This document shows, in pieces, positions 1 to 8,313 of a DNA stretch of 17,243 nucleotides; position 1 is the first letter of the stretch, and each line of letters opens with the position of its first letter. The position numbers and the translations under genes are program-made. The stretch is from Escherichia coli (GTDB lineage: Bacteria; Pseudomonadota; Gammaproteobacteria; Enterobacterales; Enterobacteriaceae). Below the pieces are notes generated by a model. The model did not search any database, had not been told where the DNA came from, and saw nothing but the letters and a program-made list of their open reading frames with translations. The DNA lies in assembly GCA_025544715.1 (NCBI GenBank), contig GCA_025544715.1_4109.6, one strand, 5' to 3'.

Positions 1-60
1 ATCTGGTGCAGTACTGGTGAAGATGATTTTTGTAATCATTTCAATCTAGGGGAAGAGTGA
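1..60 (+). CDS. 3' end of an upstream ORF (partial; function unknown)
   Basis: Frame 1 is open from position 1 to TGA at 58-60, which overlaps the next ATG at 60 (TGATG coupling). Too short to classify. Confidence 0.4.
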   Translation: MWCSTGEDDFCNHFNLGEE

Positions 61-416
61 TGGAATTTGATTTTTTAATATCAGTACATTCTTTTAAGCA
101 CAGTTTTCAGTACTTTTGTAATTTAAACAAAGGTGATTTAATGCACAGTGCGAATGAGTATATTCATTACACTCAGGGTAAATTTACATTCATTGATTAC
201 AGTTCATTACAGTATCCACACCAAGATATGCCGGACTATACATTAATGGATACCGCAGAACTATTCCAAGAATCATTAGTATTTGATAAGAAGTACTTGT
301 GTACATTTGAAGAAGTTATTGCAATACAAAATGAAATGAAAGAGTATGCTGCTTTGCATAAACCCAATGCAAGTATTAATCAAGAATACAAATTCAATTT
401 AGGAATTCAAGAATGA
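60..416 (+). CDS. hypothetical protein, FQxS-motif paralog family, short subtype A
   Basis: ORF track 57..416; ATG at 60 preferred over GTG at 57, with GGGGAAGAG upstream. Motif AELFQESLVFD plus CTFEE..QNEMK, shared with the next ORF. Confidence 0.7.
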   Translation: MEFDFLISVHSFKHSFQYFCNLNKGDLMHSANEYIHYTQGKFTFIDYSSLQYPHQDMPDYTLMDTAELFQESLVFDKKYLCTFEEVIAIQNEMKEYAALHKPNASINQEYKFNLGIQE

Positions 417-772
417 CATATGATTATTCTATGTACTATTATAAGTTACCTAAAGGATGGGACTTGTGCTGTAATCTTATTAAGGGAGACTCGGAACATG
501 AGTTGAGTTTATATATGCACTACAAAGATTCTTGTTTTAAATTTATTCATGTATTACATGATGGCTATGACTATGAATCTGAGAGTCTTATAGATTATAC
601 AGTACTAGACGATGGTGAACTATTTCAGGCTGCATTAGTGTTTGATAAGAATAAGTACTCCTGTACATTTGAAGAAATGGTTTCTTTGCAAAATGAAATG
701 AAGAGATTTGAAAAAGAAAACGTATTTAATCCATCCCCATCAAGAACGAATAATTATTATTTCAATATATGA
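413..772 (+). CDS. hypothetical protein, FQxS-motif paralog family, short subtype A
   Basis: ATGA overlap with the upstream ORF. Motif GELFQAALVFD, CNLxKGD, CTFEE, QNEMK; clear paralog of 60..416. Confidence 0.7.
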   Translation: MTYDYSMYYYKLPKGWDLCCNLIKGDSEHELSLYMHYKDSCFKFIHVLHDGYDYESESLIDYTVLDDGELFQAALVFDKNKYSCTFEEMVSLQNEMKRFEKENVFNPSPSRTNNYYFNI

Positions 773-781
773 GATTATAAA

Positions 782-1276
782 ATGACATTACAGAGTTCAT
801 TGGAAAAAGCAAAGAAGATTCATGAGTACATGAATATGGCAAAAGAAGGTTCAGTTTACGGTGTTTTCAAAGACACAAGTACTCAATATTATGTACCGGA
901 TAACCTCCTTTATAATGACTGCTCAGATACAGAAACGTGCGTACTGGATACAGAAACGTGCATACTAGATACCGACCCTAAAGATTATGAATGTTTCATT
1001 GATATGCATTATGAGTACATGGTCTATATTAATGATGCAGATATTACCATCTACAGTACTGACTGCGATTCCGATGACATTATAATTCCGAGTGCAGTTC
1101 TGAATGACCCGTGGGATAGTGAAGAGTATTACTTCCAACAAAGTACTGTATACGATGATGAAGTACTTGATGTTATTATAATTATGTGGTACTTTAAAAG
1201 TATTGGTTCTGGGAACTTCTATTTCGATTACAAATACGTAAAGAAAACTGTAGATAACGGTATTAACAGGGGTTGA
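782..1276 (+). CDS. hypothetical protein, FQxS-motif paralog family, subtype B
   Basis: N-terminus MTLQSSLEKAKKIHEY; C-terminus PWDSEEYYFQQSTVYDDEVLDVIIIMWYFK..FYFD. Contains an in-frame 21-bp tandem duplication (DTETCVL/DTETCIL). Confidence 0.8.
   Translation: MTLQSSLEKAKKIHEYMNMAKEGSVYGVFKDTSTQYYVPDNLLYNDCSDTETCVLDTETCILDTDPKDYECFIDMHYEYMVYINDADITIYSTDCDSDDIIIPSAVLNDPWDSEEYYFQQSTVYDDEVLDVIIIMWYFKSIGSGNFYFDYKYVKKTVDNGINRG
926..967 (+). repeat. in-frame 21-bp tandem duplication within a CDS
   Basis: GATACAGAAACGTGCGTACTG (926-946) followed by GATACAGAAACGTGCATACTA (947-967), 19/21 identical, encoding DTETCVL then DTETCIL. Confidence 0.8.
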
Positions 1277-1277
1277 A

Positions 1278-1748
1278 ATGAGTTTAGAAAGAGCATTAGA
1301 GATTGCGAAGTTAATTGATTTATGCAGCAAAGAAATTGTAGCAAATTGTCTCAATGGATATCTATTCAAGGAAGGTAAATCATATTGTCGAATGATATAC
1401 GATGACAGTAGTGAATATATCCATATGTATGAAGAAAACTTAGATGATTCTGACATAGTACTCACAGGATGTGATGTTAATTTGGAAGATAATTACATGT
1501 ACTTCTGCCGTGATGCTGATATTTTAATCCAAGATTCATTAATTCAAACAGGTGCACCAGAGGTATATCTTCCGTATTCAGTACTGGATAATAACTGGGG
1601 TAGTGAAGATTACTATTTCCAGCAGAGTACTATATATAATGAAGATATACTTGACAAACTTGTTATTTCTTGGTACTTTCATAACACGGATTATAGTAGC
1701 TTCTACATAGACTTGGATCTACTAAGAGTACTTAAAGAGGATATATGA
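1278..1748 (+). CDS. hypothetical protein, FQxS-motif paralog family, subtype B
   Basis: AGGGG RBS upstream. N-terminus MSLERALEIAKLI; C-terminus NWGSEDYYFQQSTIYNEDILDKLVISWYF. Confidence 0.8.
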   Translation: MSLERALEIAKLIDLCSKEIVANCLNGYLFKEGKSYCRMIYDDSSEYIHMYEENLDDSDIVLTGCDVNLEDNYMYFCRDADILIQDSLIQTGAPEVYLPYSVLDNNWGSEDYYFQQSTIYNEDILDKLVISWYFHNTDYSSFYIDLDLLRVLKEDI

Positions 1749-2188
1749 GTTTAGAAAGAGCACTAGAATTAGCCAACAAAATACATCAGTACCATGATAA
1801 AATAAAAAGTGGGTTCTATGCTGATAAAGTACATGCATATGGGAATGAATATTATCTCACAGGAGTAAAGAGATACTCTAATGATATTTTACTTATGGGT
1901 CATGATAAAGACTATACTATACAGTACTCTTCATGTAGTCAATATACTAGTTTTATGGTATATATTCCTGGTACTAAGATTACTTTTGACACATCAAATA
2001 CACCTGTTGACTTCGGGGTACTTGATGGCCCGTGGGGTACTGAAGAGTATTACTTCCAACAGAGTCTCATTTTTAACCAAGAAATGCTTGATTCCTTGGT
2101 TGTGTTGTGGTACTTTAAGGAATTGAATTTTGAACCATTCTTTCTTGACTGGGGGTCATGTGAGTATTTAATTTCAGGGGATTTGTAA
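1745..2188 (+). CDS. hypothetical protein, FQxS-motif paralog family, subtype B
   Basis: ATGA overlap, AGAGGA RBS. N-terminus MSLERALELANKIHQY; C-terminus PWGTEEYYFQQSLIFNQEMLDSLVVLWYFK. Confidence 0.8.
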   Translation: MSLERALELANKIHQYHDKIKSGFYADKVHAYGNEYYLTGVKRYSNDILLMGHDKDYTIQYSSCSQYTSFMVYIPGTKITFDTSNTPVDFGVLDGPWGTEEYYFQQSLIFNQEMLDSLVVLWYFKELNFEPFFLDWGSCEYLISGDL

Positions 2189-2676
2189 TGTCGTTACAAA
2201 GTGCATTGAAAGAAGCAAAGAAAATTCATGAGTTCATGATTATGGTACAGGAAGGTTCAGTACCTGGTGTGTATAAAACATCTGATACGGAATTCTTCGT
2301 TAAGGATAGAGATGATTATGACGAGTCCGAGATATGTGCAGAAACATTAGTACTGCACACTGATACTGGTGACAGTGATAACTGTGAATATCATATGTAC
2401 AATCAGTACATTAGTTATTGCCGTAATGAAGATATTACCATCTACAACACAGATAGTGATGCTGATGACACTATTATTCCTTATTCAGTACTGGAAGGTC
2501 CGTGGGATAGTGAAGAGTTTTACTTCCAGAATAGTACTATCTACAATGAAGAAGAACTGGATGTTATTGTGATTATGTGGTATTTCAAAAGTATTGACTC
2601 CAGTAGTTTCTATTTTGATTATGAATATGTAGAGAATACAGTAGGAGAAGGTAATGTCATTACAAAGTGCTCTTGA
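2188..2676 (+). CDS. hypothetical protein, FQxS-motif paralog family, subtype B
   Basis: TAATG overlap, AGGGGA RBS. N-terminus MSLQSALKEAKKIHEF; C-terminus PWDSEEFYFQNSTIYNEEELDVIVIMWYFK; very close to 782..1276. Confidence 0.8.
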   Translation: MSLQSALKEAKKIHEFMIMVQEGSVPGVYKTSDTEFFVKDRDDYDESEICAETLVLHTDTGDSDNCEYHMYNQYISYCRNEDITIYNTDSDADDTIIPYSVLEGPWDSEEFYFQNSTIYNEEELDVIVIMWYFKSIDSSSFYFDYEYVENTVGEGNVITKCS

Positions 2677-3106
2677 AAAAGCAAAAGAACTACATGGATA
2701 CTTTGAAGATATAAAGGCCGGAAAGTTTAAAGAAGTGTACAAAGCCGAGAACGGTAACTACTACAAAGATGAAATGTATAATAACTCCGTTGGTGTAAGG
2801 GTTATTCTTGGGTTGAATTCCAATAGCCCAGTGTCGTATTCGGAATACAATAGAGATGCAGAATTCATTAGTTATGTTGAAAATGGTAGCATTCGTTTTA
2901 TTAATAGACAAAAACCATTAATTTTGAATTATGAAGTACTGGATGGTCCGTGGGATAGTAAAGAGTATTACTTCCAAAACAGTACTGTATACGATGATGA
3001 AGTACTTGAAGCATTAGTTATTATGTGGTACTTAAAGAGTGTTAACTGTCCTCGATTTTATTTGGATTTCGAAGAACTTCGTAAAGATCCAGAAGGTATA
3101 GAATGA
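2654..3106 (+). CDS. hypothetical protein, FQxS-motif paralog family, subtype B
   Basis: AGGAGAAGG RBS before ATG 2654; overlaps the upstream ORF by 23 nt. N-terminus MSLQSALEKAKELHGY; C-terminus PWDSKEYYFQNSTVYDDEVLEALVIMWYLK. Confidence 0.8.
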   Translation: MSLQSALEKAKELHGYFEDIKAGKFKEVYKAENGNYYKDEMYNNSVGVRVILGLNSNSPVSYSEYNRDAEFISYVENGSIRFINRQKPLILNYEVLDGPWDSKEYYFQNSTVYDDEVLEALVIMWYLKSVNCPRFYLDFEELRKDPEGIE

Positions 3107-3417
3107 AAAACTTATTCAGTGTTCAGTACGTTCCTGGTGAAATTGGTTTATTGTATCTATTTGACCATGATAATTCATTATTACTAGTAGTGAAGAAATG
3201 CCAAGCTAGTTCGTTTGTTGAATACATTCACGATAGTGAATACATTCCTGATTTCCTAGAGTGTGATTATCACGATGAACATGAATCATTTATTTTTCAG
3301 GAATCACTCGTATGGGATAAGTCGATTAACTTCTTTACGTTAATTGAATTACAAAAGCAGGTGAAGTATCATTGGGATTACTTAATTACACAGGATTACA
3401 TTGAGATTGAAACATAA
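3103..3417 (+). CDS. hypothetical protein, FQxS-motif paralog family, short subtype A
   Basis: ATGA overlap, GAAGG RBS. Motif ESFIFQESLVWD. Confidence 0.7.
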   Translation: MKNLFSVQYVPGEIGLLYLFDHDNSLLLVVKKCQASSFVEYIHDSEYIPDFLECDYHDEHESFIFQESLVWDKSINFFTLIELQKQVKYHWDYLITQDYIEIET

Positions 3418-3725
3418 TGACTAAAAATGAATTTGATTCACTTTGTACGGTTTATAATTCATTGACAGAAATACCTGACTTTATTAATTACATTTCAGCG
3501 TTAAATCATATTATGCATAGTTTTGAACAATCGTTTGAAAAGAAATATTCTGGTAGAAAAGTTCTATGTCATATGTCAATGTACTTAGGAGATGGTGAGC
3601 CTTTCACTACCAGTACTACATGTGAAATAAAAAAATATAATATATTATTGGGCACAATAGAATTCACAGTATCCAATGGTGGTAGTTATATGTACTTTAG
3701 AGATGGTGTGGTTGAATTATTATGA
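3417..3725 (+). CDS. hypothetical small protein (no family motif)
   Basis: TAATG overlap with the upstream ORF; 102 aa; lacks the FQxS core. Coding status rests on coupling and the absence of alternatives. Confidence 0.55.
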   Translation: MTKNEFDSLCTVYNSLTEIPDFINYISALNHIMHSFEQSFEKKYSGRKVLCHMSMYLGDGEPFTTSTTCEIKKYNILLGTIEFTVSNGGSYMYFRDGVVELL

Positions 3726-4168
3726 GTTACGAAAGTGATCTTAAACATGCTGAAGAATTAGTTAATATAGTAAAGTTCTTTCAAAATAATGTAAAGTACT
3801 TAGACGACAAAGGGGCATATATTAGTACTATAAGTGTTGGTACAGATATTCTAGGATTAGGTAATGAATATAAGTACGAGTCCCATGATTATGATTTGGA
3901 ATTCAAGTACTTCGAATGGAATTCTGGAACTTTCTATTCAATCGATGAAAGTGGGGAATATTTAGAATTCTCCGAAGAAGAAGTACTATTCTTAAATTCA
4001 GAATATGCTTACTTCCAGTACAGTACTATATACCCAAGTAGTGCATTAAGAGCTTTAGTAGTTTTTAATGCATTTCTGAAAGAGAACTTTAATAATTCTA
4101 TATTCATTGATTTAAATTATGTATATGAACTAAATCAGGTGATATATATGGAGTCCAGAAAAAAATGA
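3722..4168 (+). CDS. hypothetical protein, FQxS-motif paralog family, subtype B variant
   Basis: ATGA overlap. N-terminus MSYESDLKHAEELVNIVKFF; motif EYAYFQYSTIY; paralog of the next ORF. Confidence 0.75.
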   Translation: MSYESDLKHAEELVNIVKFFQNNVKYLDDKGAYISTISVGTDILGLGNEYKYESHDYDLEFKYFEWNSGTFYSIDESGEYLEFSEEEVLFLNSEYAYFQYSTIYPSSALRALVVFNAFLKENFNNSIFIDLNYVYELNQVIYMESRKK

Positions 4169-4614
4169 GTTACGAAAGTGCAATCAAGAAAGCAAATGAT
4201 ATTCTAAAAGTTGTTAAGTTCTTCAAAGAAAATCCTGAATATCTAGATGATGAAAACCATGATCACGATGAGAGATTGAGACGAAAAATTGTCGCTTTAT
4301 TTGACACTAATGCAGATAATTATAGTCTAATTGAGTTAGCATACGATTATATTTCATTGAACCGAAACGGACATTTAGTTAATATAGAAAGACATGAGAG
4401 TGAAGAATCTTTTAAAATTTCAGACATTTTATCCCTGAGTACTGAAGAAGGGTACTTCCAGGGTAGTACTGTTTATGAACAAGGAACGCTTGACAATCTA
4501 TGCACATTCAGTGTAATATATCAGAAATCAGTACTGGATGTATTTTATCTTGACACTGCTGAACTGGATACACTAATCAATTTTGTTACTACTGAAGAGG
4601 CCACATTTGAGTGA
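4165..4614 (+). CDS. hypothetical protein, FQxS-motif paralog family, subtype B variant
   Basis: ATGA overlap. N-terminus MSYESAIKKANDILKVVKFF; motif EEGYFQGSTVY. Confidence 0.75.
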   Translation: MSYESAIKKANDILKVVKFFKENPEYLDDENHDHDERLRRKIVALFDTNADNYSLIELAYDYISLNRNGHLVNIERHESEESFKISDILSLSTEEGYFQGSTVYEQGTLDNLCTFSVIYQKSVLDVFYLDTAELDTLINFVTTEEATFE

Positions 4615-5147
4615 TGAAAGTTAACATCAATGACTTTGATGCATTACAAGATTTATCAAAAAAGATTCGAACTATCGTACCAGTACTCAAAAAATGTAGT
4701 ACTGGTTTAATCGATCCTAGTACTGTTGTTAATGAGAAGTACAATTTTCATCGTGCATTACAGGGTACAGGTGCATTTCAGAAGTGTGATGTACGTGAGA
4801 AACACGTAATTGATACATCATTGTTTTCTATTGGTGCACCTGTGTCGAATAATTCTATTTTCCTGGATAACGCAGGAAATATTCAACAATTAACATTTAA
4901 GAAAAGGAAAAAGAACAATAACATTGGTGTGTACGCGATGAAGTGGGGTCAACCTGATTTGAAGCGTGAAATTCACATCCCTAAGTACAATTACAATTCA
5001 TTCGACGAACAGTGTTTTCAACTATCGTGTACTGACCCTGACTATGCAATCATTCAGTTCTATATGGAATTGCAGATAGCATTTAACAGTAATTTATATA
5101 TTAACTTGTTGGCAATGAACATCGATGAAGTATTCAAAAACATTTAA
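4614..5147 (+). CDS. hypothetical protein, divergent FQxS-motif paralog
   Basis: ORF track 4611..5147 begins at GTG; ATG at 4614 overlaps the upstream TGA (TGATG). Motif DEQCFQLSCTD. Confidence 0.6.
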   Translation: MKVNINDFDALQDLSKKIRTIVPVLKKCSTGLIDPSTVVNEKYNFHRALQGTGAFQKCDVREKHVIDTSLFSIGAPVSNNSIFLDNAGNIQQLTFKKRKKNNNIGVYAMKWGQPDLKREIHIPKYNYNSFDEQCFQLSCTDPDYAIIQFYMELQIAFNSNLYINLLAMNIDEVFKNI

Positions 5148-5343
5148 TCGAATTGAATACATGAGAACTGTGAGTGCAGTGTGGGACATATGGTTCACTA
5201 CTAAACCAAAAATGGATTACCATGACTTTAAGCTCTTGTTCTTCGTTGGCTCTAACAAACAGGATGTTGCAATGAAGGGTTACATTGAGCACTTACAGGA
5301 ACTAATCCAGAAGAGAATATATGAAAATAATAGACCAAAATGA
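5125..5343 (+). CDS. hypothetical small protein (no family motif)
   Basis: ORF track 5125..5343; alternative in-frame ATG at 5161, just after the upstream stop. No clear RBS. Start uncertain. Confidence 0.45.
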   Translation: MKYSKTFNRIEYMRTVSAVWDIWFTTKPKMDYHDFKLLFFVGSNKQDVAMKGYIEHLQELIQKRIYENNRPK

Positions 5344-5512
5344 CATTGCTAAACTATTCAATATATATTCTACTAGAATGATGCAAACAGACTCATATAG
5401 TACTGAATTCAAAGAGTTGAAAGTACTGATGTACTTGGGAACCCAATATCAGGAACAAGTTATTTTGGAATATATTAATTCGTTGAAGAAGGATATCCGT
5501 TATGTACGATGA
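5321..5512 (+). CDS. hypothetical small protein (no family motif)
   Basis: 63-aa ORF overlapping the upstream stop region and overlapped by the downstream ATG at 5502; fits the coupled chain. No motif. Confidence 0.45.
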   Translation: MKIIDQNDIAKLFNIYSTRMMQTDSYSTEFKELKVLMYLGTQYQEQVILEYINSLKKDIRYVR

Positions 5513-6062
5513 TTTAGATCTTGCGTTTGAACGTATGGTAATTTTAATGCAATGTGCAGAAATGCATGAAACAATCCGTCGCACCAAAGGGATTGAATAT
5601 ACAAGTAAACTATTCTCATACGAAAGTCGTCGAGGGATGGATCATTTTTACTGCACTGATTGTTCAAAGTTTTCAGTACTGAAATATTATCATCCTACTG
5701 TTTCCAATAATAGTTTAATATCCACATATGACGGTGATCTGTTTAGTGTAATGTATGACACATTACATCCATCAATTTCAATCTATAAAGATTGCGATAG
5801 TAGTTTATCGTATATAATTGAAGATTACTTATCCCCTAACACTGAAGAGAATATTTTTCAGAACAGTGTATTGCATGATGAATTAAGTATAAAATGCATC
5901 TATATGTTCAATAAGTTAAAAGAATACGCTGATAATAATTACTTAATTGATGAGTTAGCAGTATTGTCTGTTTCCGTTTTTAATACAAATGATATTGATA
6001 TGAAATACTATAATGAGATTTGTAAAGTACATCATATGTATAAGGAACTATTATGCCAATAA
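5502..6062 (+). CDS. hypothetical protein, FQxS-motif paralog family, long subtype C
   Basis: Overlaps the upstream stop. Motif EENIFQNSVLHD followed by a hydrophobic segment. Confidence 0.7.
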   Translation: MYDDLDLAFERMVILMQCAEMHETIRRTKGIEYTSKLFSYESRRGMDHFYCTDCSKFSVLKYYHPTVSNNSLISTYDGDLFSVMYDTLHPSISIYKDCDSSLSYIIEDYLSPNTEENIFQNSVLHDELSIKCIYMFNKLKEYADNNYLIDELAVLSVSVFNTNDIDMKYYNEICKVHHMYKELLCQ

Positions 6063-6655
6063 ATGCAAATAAATGTTGTAGTGCAGATGTGCATTTGTTT
6101 TTTAAGAAATTGGCAAATGATATTATATATATGCAGGAAATGATTTATCACAAACGAGCGGATTTAGAAAAAGCATTAGTACAGTTCTCATTTATGCTTG
6201 ATGGTGATATATTTCTAGAGAGTGATGCATTGCGATTAGTATTAGACAAAAATTCTAAAAGATTTTTATTTCATATAGATAATAAATTATGTTCCTCCGT
6301 ATGTCGTACTTTTTATAATCGTGATTCGGACTTATATCAATTCCTTTATTCTAAAGGTGCAGTAGAAGCATCATATGGTGATGGTTATGCCCTAGGAAAG
6401 AGTATTCCATATATGAAATCATTTAAAATAGAACACATCAGTACTGATGAAGATGCAATGTTCACAAATGATATAACTATGGGACGTGAAGATGCAATGC
6501 GATATATTACAAATTCTATGCATACATTCTTTCAACGAACAGAATTTGATAATGTATATATATCAAATGTAAATATTTTCAATGACCTGTGTCAGTACTT
6601 GAGAAGTGTTTGTGACTTCGATGAAAGTTATTGTAAGCTATACACTGAGGTATAA
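6053..6655 (+). CDS. hypothetical protein, possibly a degenerate family member
   Basis: ATG 6053 overlaps the upstream stop at 6060-6062. 200 aa; only a weak motif remnant (EDAMFTND). Confidence 0.6.
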   Translation: MPINANKCCSADVHLFFKKLANDIIYMQEMIYHKRADLEKALVQFSFMLDGDIFLESDALRLVLDKNSKRFLFHIDNKLCSSVCRTFYNRDSDLYQFLYSKGAVEASYGDGYALGKSIPYMKSFKIEHISTDEDAMFTNDITMGREDAMRYITNSMHTFFQRTEFDNVYISNVNIFNDLCQYLRSVCDFDESYCKLYTEV

Positions 6656-6660
6656 AACAA

Positions 6661-7023
6661 ATGAACACATTAAGTATTACATACTATACAACTAAAAAAT
6701 TAGTTACTTGTTTAATATCTTTGAAGACAAACCATGATGATATGTTTGATATGGCTGCATATGAATTAGAATTATCAGAAGATGGCTTCAAGAGCTATGA
6801 AGTATATAGCTATGTCCGTGAAGATGTAATTGACACTACACTAATGCAAGAGGATGAGTTATTCCAAGAAAGTTTAGTATGGGATAATAAGTACGATTGT
6901 AACTTTGATTTCTTATGTTTAATCCAGAAAGAAATGAAAAGAATCTTTGATAATTATCCAATCAAACGTTTCAGTACTGCACCTGAGCAATATAAAAGGA
7001 TTATATTCACCTATGAAGATTGA
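6661..7023 (+). CDS. hypothetical protein, FQxS-motif paralog family, short subtype A
   Basis: GAGG upstream. Motif DELFQESLVWD .. IQKEMKRI. Confidence 0.7.
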   Translation: MNTLSITYYTTKKLVTCLISLKTNHDDMFDMAAYELELSEDGFKSYEVYSYVREDVIDTTLMQEDELFQESLVWDNKYDCNFDFLCLIQKEMKRIFDNYPIKRFSTAPEQYKRIIFTYED

Positions 7024-7390
7024 ATTTGAAGTTATTACATATAGTATAGGTAATGGTATCCGTTGCTATGTACAAGCAAGGCATATGGTTCCTGATGATA
7101 AACTGTCACCCAAAAGCTTCTGTATCACACAAGATCTCTTAGATATCAACGGAGAGTACAAGTACATATATTATCTTACTAAGGGTTATTGTAGTACACG
7201 TGGTTTTAATATTGTAGCTGTTTCTAGAGATGAAATTGATGATTTAACTGAGTACGGGGAAGAAGAGATGTTCCAGTACAGTACTGTTTTTAATGAACTG
7301 GATGTGTTTCTGTTACGAAAAATACAACACATTATGCAAGAATGTTTGCATCATAAGAGAGGTATTGTATGCGACGTGAATCTGAATTAG
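7013..7390 (+). CDS. hypothetical protein, FQxS-motif paralog family, subtype B-like
   Basis: ORF track 6947..7390; I prefer the internal ATG at 7013 (AAAGGA 12 nt upstream, 11-nt overlap with the upstream ORF instead of 77). Motif EEEMFQYSTVFN. Confidence 0.65.
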   Translation: MKIEFEVITYSIGNGIRCYVQARHMVPDDKLSPKSFCITQDLLDINGEYKYIYYLTKGYCSTRGFNIVAVSRDEIDDLTEYGEEEMFQYSTVFNELDVFLLRKIQHIMQECLHHKRGIVCDVNLN

Positions 7391-7710
7391 TTAAAGTAAT
7401 GTACGCTACTCATATTAAACTACTACTTGTTAAATTTGATTATAATAAAAAACATAATGATTTCTATACTTTAATTCGTGATGAAAATACATTCTCCTTG
7501 CGATGCAACAATATACCCTTGAAGATAAATGATTTTACTTCACTTGACGAGGGGGAATTATTTCAAGAATCATTAGTTTTTAATAGTAATATAAAAATTG
7601 ATATAGAAGTTATTAAAAAATACCAGATGCTATTGAACAAAATTATGAATTGTTACCCATGTGAAATAGGTGGTCATATGCAGTTCAAATCAAAAATGTA
7701 TGAATTATGA
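7369..7710 (+). CDS. hypothetical protein, FQxS-motif paralog family, short subtype A
   Basis: AGAGAGG RBS before ATG 7369. Motif GELFQESLVFN. Confidence 0.7.
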   Translation: MRRESELVKVMYATHIKLLLVKFDYNKKHNDFYTLIRDENTFSLRCNNIPLKINDFTSLDEGELFQESLVFNSNIKIDIEVIKKYQMLLNKIMNCYPCEIGGHMQFKSKMYEL

Positions 7711-7717
7711 GGTTTAT

Positions 7718-8254
7718 ATGTTAGATGAGAAAATGAACAATGGAACTCAATATAATCATCTTAAGTTGGATACATTCGAATCAGCTATCAGTACAGCACA
7801 AGATATTATCGATATTATCAAGTTCATTAAAGAAGATAAGTTCAAATGTTTGAAAATACTAAATCGTTCAATGTACCGTGATAAAAATATTCATGTATCA
7901 GTACGTAGACCGAAAGATCAAGAAAGTGGGAGAGATTTCTATAACAACAGTGAGCAGTTCGAATGTGAATATGATCCAGAATTTAGAGGTGGTTTCATGT
8001 GTTACAGTATGAAGGATACCTCACACATTGAGATACGTTCATTGAACGGTGGCATACGTACATTAGAGTTTATTGATATAGTTTTAAATCAGGAATACTA
8101 CTTTCAACTATCATTATTGTTTCCTGCATACGATTTAGGAGTTCTATTCATGTATAAGTACTTTCATGAGCACTGGAATGAAGACTTCTATCTGGACTTA
8201 GAAGATTACCACTTAGTTTGGAAAGAAATGGTAAAACTTCGCAACCCATCTTGA
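7718..8254 (+). CDS. hypothetical protein, FQxS-motif paralog family, subtype B-like
   Basis: ORF track 7670..8254; the in-frame ATG at 7718 lies just after the upstream stop, with TGAGG upstream. Motif QEYYFQLSLLF .. FYLDLEDY. Confidence 0.7.
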   Translation: MLDEKMNNGTQYNHLKLDTFESAISTAQDIIDIIKFIKEDKFKCLKILNRSMYRDKNIHVSVRRPKDQESGRDFYNNSEQFECEYDPEFRGGFMCYSMKDTSHIEIRSLNGGIRTLEFIDIVLNQEYYFQLSLLFPAYDLGVLFMYKYFHEHWNEDFYLDLEDYHLVWKEMVKLRNPS

Positions 8255-8280
8255 CACCCTCCGATTCTTTGTGATATAAT
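8251..8280 (+). promoter_or_regulatory. sigma70-type promoter with extended -10 (TTGACA-N18-TGaTATAAT)
   Basis: -35 TTGACA at 8251-8256 (overlapping the upstream stop codon), extended -10 TGaTATAAT at 8272-8280, sitting in the only sizeable gap before ATG 8314. Confidence 0.6.
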
Positions 8281-8313
8281 CTCTTTATATTAATTGTAAA
8301 GGGTTATATCACA

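Noticed and set aside
965-1465. 166-aa ORF on the minus strand (and similar minus-strand ORFs at 2485..2742, 2690..2911, 5393..5587, 9439..9678, 14799..14984 and 16848..17099)
   Set aside because: All lie antisense to motif-bearing, translationally coupled + strand genes and have low-complexity, Ile/Phe/Asn-rich translations typical of AT-rich antisense frames. The apparent similarity between 965..1465 and 2485..2742 is just the reverse complement of the conserved sense-strand motif. None shows an RBS or promoter context.
1881-2126. Off-frame + strand ORFs nested inside family genes (1881..2126, 2369..2572, 10061..10342, 12854..13042)
   Set aside because: Each is fully contained in a longer ORF in another frame that carries the family motif and the coupling signals; their translations are low-complexity and hydrophobic. 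Most likely spurious.
6947-7012. Upstream ATG or alternative start codons from the ORF track that give long overlaps (6947, 7670, 11528; GTG 57, GTG 4611, TTG 9994, TTG 12170)
   Set aside because: In each case an in-frame ATG lies at or just after the upstream stop codon, with a better-placed purine-rich RBS and the short overlap typical of the rest of the array. The longer versions remain possible but less parsimonious.
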